Virus record (IMG/VR): IMGVR_UViG_3300033463_000105 | Location: 3,627-67,626 of that record | DNA from: a virus | Length of the DNA stretch: 64,000 nucleotides | Strand: one strand, 5' to 3' | Shown here: positions 58,329-64,000 of the stretch, piece by piece | Layout of the letters: every line of letters starts with the position of its first letter | How positions within the stretch are numbered: position 1 is the first letter of the stretch | The notes under the pieces: generated by a model | What the model saw: only the letters and a program-made list of their open reading frames with translations | Told to the model about the DNA's origin: nothing | Databases searched by the model: none | Position numbers and translations under genes: made by a program

Positions 58329-58733
58329 GTGAACAACGATAATCTGTATAACCAAATCTGCAGAGTGCTGACGAATTATGAGGAAATGTCAACAACCGGG
58401 AAGGATTTGGATACTGAGTGCAGTATGTACGCAATAGCGGCGTCAGATATGTATGACGTCCTTGTTAATTGTCAGCGCATGTTTGATAGCGATATGATTC
58501 CTGCGGATTATCACGACCAGTGCATGGAATCAGAGTCTACGAAGAGACTTGAGACAGAGAAGCGGGCTGGTTCGCTTGAGGATTTCTGCAAATTTGTTTC
58601 CGAATGTATCCTAGCTGAAAGCTTTGAGAGCGGAGCTGGTTTCTTTGCAGAGGTAGCGGCCAGAAAGCTGGAAAAGCTTGGGTTCATTAAGGCATCTGAC
58701 GACGGTTTGTGGTGGGTCTTAGATGAGAAATGA
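58329..58733 (+). CDS. Hypothetical protein
   Basis: ORF in operon. Confidence 0.55.
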   Translation: MNNDNLYNQICRVLTNYEEMSTTGKDLDTECSMYAIAASDMYDVLVNCQRMFDSDMIPADYHDQCMESESTKRLETEKRAGSLEDFCKFVSECILAESFESGAGFFAEVAARKLEKLGFIKASDDGLWWVLDEK

Positions 58734-59121
58734 TTCAGAACCCAATGTGTCGAACATACGAGCATACATTGGGATTGATGACGAGCCGCAGATAATCGTT
58801 GAGTGGGACGGCTGGATGAGCAAAGATAAGATGTGTTACATTATGTGGCATATGGACGGCATTGATTTTTGTAAAATCTCACTACGCACAGGGCATCCAA
58901 TATTTGCAAACATAACATCGGATGGCGTGCTATCAGCGAGAATAGAGGGTTATTGTGTTAGAGATTCTAGCGGGTATTATCTAGATTATGTAGCCACAAG
59001 TGTTCCTACTGGAAGAAAATGCTTTTTGCGTAGCATGCCAATCTTTGATACATATATAAAGAGCGACATTCAGCGGCTGTATAAGAAGTTTTCCGATGCG
59101 ATTGAAAAGGAGTTAATATGA
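58723..59121 (+). CDS. Hypothetical protein
   Basis: Coupled ORF. Confidence 0.55.
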   Translation: MRNDSEPNVSNIRAYIGIDDEPQIIVEWDGWMSKDKMCYIMWHMDGIDFCKISLRTGHPIFANITSDGVLSARIEGYCVRDSSGYYLDYVATSVPTGRKCFLRSMPIFDTYIKSDIQRLYKKFSDAIEKELI

Positions 59122-59288
59122 AGTATAGAGTTGTGTATACAATTACAACTGTAAAGGAAATCGATGTTGATGCGGCGTCTGTTGACGAGGCGCAGGCAAT
59201 GTGGGAAGACGAAGGTTATGACGGCGAGCTGTTCTTCATTGAGGATGAGAACGGCAATCAGGTAATCTATGATTGAGGAGAATCAATA

Positions 59289-59660
59289 ATGGAATACTAT
59301 ATCAATCCAAGCTGGTTTTATTGGATTAAAGTTATAGACGGAATCCAAACAGCTTTTATTGTTTTTGGCGTTGTATTTGGTATACTTGTGGTTTGTTTAA
59401 GCATAGCATATTTTGCTGAAAGGTCTTGTATATTTGATGAGGACGACGAACAAAATGTAGCGAGAATATTTCTTTTCTTAAGAATATCTATTGTTGTATT
59501 CATCGTCGCTGTTCTTGGAGCCGTTTTTTTTACTAATCGCAACACACTTATTGAAATACAAATTGCCAAATACGCCACGCGGGAAAATGTAGATACCACG
59601 GTCGAGTCTATTAAATCCATTATAGACTACGTCGTTGAGTCTATAGGCAGTCTGAAATAA
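59289..59660 (+). CDS. Two-TM membrane protein
   Basis: INPSWFYW start and two hydrophobic helices. Confidence 0.7.
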   Translation: MEYYINPSWFYWIKVIDGIQTAFIVFGVVFGILVVCLSIAYFAERSCIFDEDDEQNVARIFLFLRISIVVFIVAVLGAVFFTNRNTLIEIQIAKYATRENVDTTVESIKSIIDYVVESIGSLK

Positions 59661-59680
59661 CATAGAAAGGAGCTGACGCT

Positions 59681-59941
59681 ATGCGGTTAATCAATGCGGA
59701 TGATATTCCATGGACAAACACAAGCATAGGCGACCAGGTGGTTTTCAAAACTATCATTGACAATATGCCAACGGTAATGGCGGACAGAACTGAAATAATG
59801 TCAACGATTTTTGACACCGTAGAACGTTACGATAATTGCACAGTGGAAGTGCTGACAAATAGTGTGACTGGCGAGCAGTCGATTGGATGGTGGGACAATG
59901 AGTGCCCACCTGAATTTGTTTCTGGAGGTGATTTTGAATGA
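59681..59941 (+). CDS. MRLINAD-family hybrid protein
   Basis: Family N-terminus plus NCTVEVL.NSVTGE.SIGWW. Confidence 0.65.
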   Translation: MRLINADDIPWTNTSIGDQVVFKTIIDNMPTVMADRTEIMSTIFDTVERYDNCTVEVLTNSVTGEQSIGWWDNECPPEFVSGGDFE

Positions 59942-60258
59942 GCGGCGGAGCAATGGACTACGTTTATGGGCGCATTTATGATTTATCGTATCAGGAAAAT
60001 GATCCGATAATTAAGAAGCTGCTGATTGATTTATCGGAGTATCTGCACGCAGAGGAATGGTGGCTTTCCGGAGACACGTGTAAAGAAACGTATATGGAGG
60101 AAAGAAAAAAGTTCAAGGATAAGTGGATTAAGCTCGACAGCAAGGTCAATATCGATGAGTTTATTTCCGAGGAACTTGAGCGTGTGAAGAAAGAACTGTA
60201 CGAAGCTTTGGACGTGAAATGGTATGACGAAGACGGGGAGGAACACGACTATGCCTAA
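59938..60258 (+). CDS. Hypothetical protein (MSGG..DY type)
   Basis: EWWLSGD motif; coupled. Confidence 0.65.
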   Translation: MSGGAMDYVYGRIYDLSYQENDPIIKKLLIDLSEYLHAEEWWLSGDTCKETYMEERKKFKDKWIKLDSKVNIDEFISEELERVKKELYEALDVKWYDEDGEEHDYA

Positions 60259-60901
60259 CTGGTGCTTAACGCAGATTCATATCTCCGGCAAGAAAAAGAA
60301 TATCCAGGAACTGTACGAGCGGTTTTCTAATGTCATCGAGAGAGATGATGGTGGACAGAGAGTTGGAGAATACACGAGCAGCCTGAGTCGCTACGGAAAA
60401 CGCTGGCTGGGAAATCTTCTACTCGCCGTAGGAGAGAATGTGGAGACCACGAAGATAAGATGCAGGGGAACGGTAGAATACTATGAGCTTTCCGCCGATG
60501 GGGATGAAATCTCTATTCAGACAGAGACTGCGTGGGTTCCGATGCTCCAGTGCTTTGTCAAGTTTGTTAACAAATATGCTCCGGACGCAGAGATTACATA
60601 CTGTGCCGAGGAACCGGGATGTGAGTTGTACTGGAAGAATGACGATGCGTGGGAGGATTATTACGTGGATTTCTATGAAGAAGAAGCGGACGAAGAAACA
60701 GCACGCAGAATCAAGATGGCGTTTCACGCAGATGGAGCCACATATATGTACGCCGATGAACTGACGGCGTCTCTGGAAACGCTTCTTAACCGCAAGGGGA
60801 AGCTTCTGCCTGACCTTATCGCAGAGGCATTGAAAAAGTATGAGGATTCCGGCCTTAGGATTTACAAGTTTGAGAACATTGACTTGTGCGAGGTGGACTG
60901 A
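60251..60901 (+). CDS. YubB/DUF1281-like ferredoxin-fold protein
   Basis: MPNWC start, TETAWVP and EEPG motifs. Confidence 0.6.
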   Translation: MPNWCLTQIHISGKKKNIQELYERFSNVIERDDGGQRVGEYTSSLSRYGKRWLGNLLLAVGENVETTKIRCRGTVEYYELSADGDEISIQTETAWVPMLQCFVKFVNKYAPDAEITYCAEEPGCELYWKNDDAWEDYYVDFYEEEADEETARRIKMAFHADGATYMYADELTASLETLLNRKGKLLPDLIAEALKKYEDSGLRIYKFENIDLCEVD

Positions 60902-60903
60902 AA

Positions 60904-61215
60904 ATGAAAGATGAGTACTTCAATCCGGAAAAATATACAGACTTTATGTTCATGCTGGACTACATCGGCGAGGAGTGCTGGGATGAGATGGCATGGAATC
61001 ACATGCTCTGCCTGTGGACGGCATATTGTCTGCATTGGAACCTTTATGTGGGCACTGAAGAATATGAAAGCGAGATTCAGGAAATCTATCAAGCACTGAA
61101 AGGCAATGAGGATTGCGACGTTGATGATAGGGCGTGGTATGGCATCTGTGTTACTACGCCAAACGCGACCCCGTATGACATCTTTAAACTTTATATGAGT
61201 AAGTATCTAAGGTAA
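60904..61215 (+). CDS. Hypothetical protein
   Basis: LWTAYCLH motif. Confidence 0.6.
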   Translation: MKDEYFNPEKYTDFMFMLDYIGEECWDEMAWNHMLCLWTAYCLHWNLYVGTEEYESEIQEIYQALKGNEDCDVDDRAWYGICVTTPNATPYDIFKLYMSKYLR

Positions 61216-61226
61216 GGAGGGATTAT

Positions 61227-61739
61227 ATGCACGCATTACACAAGATTTTAGTCAAGGTAGACCAGAAGTCTAGGGACAGGGAAGAAATGGTTGAGACGGC
61301 TCGCCAGGACGCCGAGGATTTAACCAAAGGTTTCTATGACAGAGCGTTTGACTGGCGGGAAACAGATACGGCTGGCAGATGGAGTGAAGTATATCCAGAG
61401 AATGTGTTACTTTCCAAGGACGGTCTTGATGAGTTTATTAAGGAAATCGATGATGTGAGGAAATATCAGAAAGACCAGATTGCTATGTGCCTTGAAAGGG
61501 TGTCTGGAGTTAGTACGGACTTGAAAGAACTTGTGGAAAACAACATCGACAAGGTTCAGAACTTCGGTGCGCTGTTTGAGGTCAAGTTGATTGCAGAACT
61601 TCTGAGTGGGGATTATGTGTTTGACTCTGGGTTCTTCGATGGCAACTGGTATTCCGCGAAAGTTACGGATGAGACAATTGAGAGAATAAAAGAAGAGCCC
61701 GACGATTGGGCTCTTGTTATGTTTGACTACCATATTTGA
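61227..61739 (+). CDS. Hypothetical protein
   Basis: FDWR...AGRWS...DYH pattern; RBS. Confidence 0.65.
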   Translation: MHALHKILVKVDQKSRDREEMVETARQDAEDLTKGFYDRAFDWRETDTAGRWSEVYPENVLLSKDGLDEFIKEIDDVRKYQKDQIAMCLERVSGVSTDLKELVENNIDKVQNFGALFEVKLIAELLSGDYVFDSGFFDGNWYSAKVTDETIERIKEEPDDWALVMFDYHI

Positions 61740-61748
61740 GGTGATGAA

Positions 61749-61937
61749 ATGGTTTCCAGATACAGGATAATCAGAATCCTGCACAACTACATTAGCAACG
61801 ACCTCGATAGTGCAGACCCGTCATATGTCAGGGAAGTGCTTGTCAATGTTTGCGGTTGTACGGCGGAGGAAATCGTTGAACTTGAGCTTGATGGGCTGTG
61901 GCCGGACGGGGTGGTGAACTTAAATGAGACTGATTGA
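61749..61937 (+). CDS. Hypothetical protein
   Basis: RBS GAGGTG. Confidence 0.55.
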   Translation: MVSRYRIIRILHNYISNDLDSADPSYVREVLVNVCGCTAEEIVELELDGLWPDGVVNLNETD

Positions 61938-62343
61938 TGCGGATGCGCTGTATATACCGCCCGAAGAAATGAACGCAAAAATGGCTGTTGCTTATGCTCC
62001 AACCATCGATGCCGTCCCTGTGGTGCGGTGCAAGGATTGCAAGTGGTATGACGGTCAAGAAATTTGTGACAGGCACGGTCTATTTTTAATTGATTTGGCA
62101 TACTTTTGTGCAGACGGAGAAAGGAAAGCGATGATTGACTTTGGGGCAGACTTGCAGAGAGCGTATGATGACGGATACAGGGCGAGAGATGCCGAGATAG
62201 TGCGGTGCAAGGATTGCCGATGCTATTTGACGCCAGACCCAGATGGACACGCTACTGGTTACTGTATTCCTTGGGAAAAAGGCATAGAACCTATGAGTTT
62301 TTGCTCAGAGGCAGAAAGGAAATACGATGAGCAAATGCGATAA
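61924..62343 (+). CDS. MRLIDAD/VVRCKDC protein, two modules fused in frame
   Basis: Two VRCKDC...FC..GERK modules. Confidence 0.7.
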   Translation: MRLIDADALYIPPEEMNAKMAVAYAPTIDAVPVVRCKDCKWYDGQEICDRHGLFLIDLAYFCADGERKAMIDFGADLQRAYDDGYRARDAEIVRCKDCRCYLTPDPDGHATGYCIPWEKGIEPMSFCSEAERKYDEQMR

Positions 62344-62590
62344 ATGCAAATATCCGTATGATATTTGGGAATGGCCTTGTGAGGATTGTTTACAAGGAGA
62401 TAGGTTTGAGCCAAAGCCGCCGACCAATGCCGACCGCATCCGGGTTATGACAGATGAAGAACTGGCGGAACAACTGTATTTGCTACGGCTTGATGCGCTT
62501 CGTCTTGAGGGCTATGAGGGGTTCATCGAAACAAAAGACGAGGTTCTCGATTGGCTGAAAGAGGAGGTAGACGATGGAATGGATAGTTGA
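62327..62590 (+). CDS. Zn-binding protein with TNADRIR.MTDEELA motif
   Basis: Motif typical of small phage proteins. Confidence 0.65.
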   Translation: MSKCDKCKYPYDIWEWPCEDCLQGDRFEPKPPTNADRIRVMTDEELAEQLYLLRLDALRLEGYEGFIETKDEVLDWLKEEVDDGMDS

Positions 62591-62801
62591 AGCGGAGAGC
62601 AAAGGCGACCTTGTAGATGGGTGGGGCCTTATAGGGGAAGAGTTAGTACGGTGTGCTGATTGCCAATATGGTTATCATTGGGTTGACATACGAAATGGTA
62701 TTACGGATAGTTGGATAGAGTGCCGTAATCCGAACGGATTAAATCGTGATGTTCCGAATGACGGATTCTGCTATTTGGGGGAGAAAGACGATGGAACTTA
62801 A
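62574..62801 (+). CDS. VRCxxC-family protein
   Basis: LVRCADC...GFCYLGEK. Confidence 0.65.
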   Translation: MEWIVEAESKGDLVDGWGLIGEELVRCADCQYGYHWVDIRNGITDSWIECRNPNGLNRDVPNDGFCYLGEKDDGT

Positions 62802-63018
62802 ACCTTGCCCGTTTTGTGGGAGCGAAGACATTTACGAGACATATTCGCAAGAGTATTCATTCGGAACTAAAAACCATGAAATCTTCTGCAACAGTTGCAA
62901 GGCTATATTCTCAATTGAGGACGATAGCCCGTACATGAACTGTGACGAGGATTATGCCTACAGAAAAGCGAAGACGAAAGAAGCGTGGAACAGGAGGAAA
63001 GACGATGAGACTGATTGA
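62791..63018 (+). CDS. Lar-family restriction alleviation-like Zn protein
   Basis: MELKPCPFCG...CNSC...EAWNRR. Confidence 0.7.
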   Translation: MELKPCPFCGSEDIYETYSQEYSFGTKNHEIFCNSCKAIFSIEDDSPYMNCDEDYAYRKAKTKEAWNRRKDDETD

Positions 63019-63268
63019 TGCAGATGCGTTGATTGAAAGTGCGAACGAGTTTGAGGCATACGGATATGTATCTGCCTTTGAGATTTCACTCGCTCCTACT
63101 GTGGATGCTGTCCAAGTAGTGCGGTGCAAGGATTGCAGATACTGTGAGCGGTACAACGATTCCGACATCTATTACTGCACTTATTTCGAAAACAATTATA
63201 TGCTTATCCCCAAACCAGATTATGGGTACTGTTCAAGAGGAGAAAGGAAAGACGATGAGACTGATTGA
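63005..63268 (+). CDS. MRLIDAD/VVRCKDC protein
   Basis: Family motifs. Confidence 0.7.
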   Translation: MRLIDADALIESANEFEAYGYVSAFEISLAPTVDAVQVVRCKDCRYCERYNDSDIYYCTYFENNYMLIPKPDYGYCSRGERKDDETD

Positions 63269-63533
63269 TGCAGACCGCCTTGAAAGCCTATGGTTAACAG
63301 ACGAGGCAAGATGCGGAGATTATACCGCTTATCATTTTACCGAGAGCATCCAAAAAGAGCCGAGCATAGACGCAGTCACGGTGGTGCGCTGCAAGGATTG
63401 CAGAAACCATGATAGAACAAAGGAATTGAAAAACGAAGTGTGGTGTCCAGTGTTCGGCAAATATGGTGGTGGTTTTGTTGGCAAAGATTTTTACTGTGCT
63501 TGGGGAGAAAGGAAAGACGATGCTGTGGACTGA
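63255..63533 (+). CDS. MRLIDAD/VVRCKDC protein
   Basis: Family motifs. Confidence 0.7.
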   Translation: MRLIDADRLESLWLTDEARCGDYTAYHFTESIQKEPSIDAVTVVRCKDCRNHDRTKELKNEVWCPVFGKYGGGFVGKDFYCAWGERKDDAVD

Positions 63534-63750
63534 TAAAGATGAGCCGATAACAGGGAAGGAGACTACTACCACATCTACCGATTGGGTACAGGTAGTGCGG
63601 TGTCGGTTTTGCAAGCATTGGAAACCAAAAGGAAAGGAGAACCCCGCCTCAATTCCTGCGCTCGGATATTGTACGCAACGCTTTAAATGCGAGACCGCCT
63701 GTTGGGAATTCTGTTTTTTCGGAGAAAGGAAAGACAATGCGGCTGATTGA
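63520..63750 (+). CDS. VVRCxxC-family protein
   Basis: VVRCRFC...FCFFGERK. Confidence 0.65.
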   Translation: MLWTDKDEPITGKETTTTSTDWVQVVRCRFCKHWKPKGKENPASIPALGYCTQRFKCETACWEFCFFGERKDNAAD

Positions 63751-64000
63751 TGCAGATGAATTGAAAACTGATATTGAGGTACAAGTTGCTTTTATTGGGC
63801 TTTTATCAAGTGAACTTGCGAGCGTGGGCGAAGAAGTAAAAAAGGGCTTTTTTGACACGATAGACAGGCAGAAGACAAAAGACGCAGTACCAGTGGTGAG
63901 GTGCAAGGATTGCAGGCACTTTATCCTCACATCCGATTACTTAAGTCAACCTTATTATGACTGTGCGTTTCAAAACGGAATGGGATACATAGTATCCCCA
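63737..64000 (+). CDS. MRLIDAD/VVRCKDC protein (truncated at window edge)
   Basis: MRLIDADELK...DAVPVVRCKDC. Confidence 0.65.
   Translation, partial: MRLIDADELKTDIEVQVAFIGLLSSELASVGEEVKKGFFDTIDRQKTKDAVPVVRCKDCRHFILTSDYLSQPYYDCAFQNGMGYIVSP

Overview
This window is part of a large temperate or pseudotemperate siphovirus of a Firmicutes (clostridial-like) host, organised like SPbeta. The left arm (1-37.4 kb, minus strand) holds a tyrosine recombinase, a helicase-like gene, a YonO-like single-subunit RNA polymerase and a head-to-tail virion module. A divergent control region at about 37.4-40.3 kb is followed by a plus-strand arm of early and accessory genes. The main find is at 53.5-56.6 kb: one retron-like reverse transcriptase, with a CBM5/12-like domain inserted just before YADD, sits inside an array of five non-identical retron-type ncRNA units. 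Each unit has its own closing inverted repeat, an unpaired G straight after the 5' arm, two small hairpins and a GTAACA motif, followed by a variable msd-like region. This locus lies directly downstream of a phage-encoded ubiquitin-like conjugation cluster (Ubl, E2-like, JAB, E1/ThiF) interrupted by a tRNA-Leu. Other notable items are a structured ~600-nt intergenic region with exposed anti-Shine-Dalgarno motifs, a duplicated triple-hairpin element, duplicated early promoters, iteron-like repeats, a CCWGG cluster and a cassette-like array of paralogous Zn-binding genes. All family assignments come from reading motifs and synteny by eye; no searches were run.
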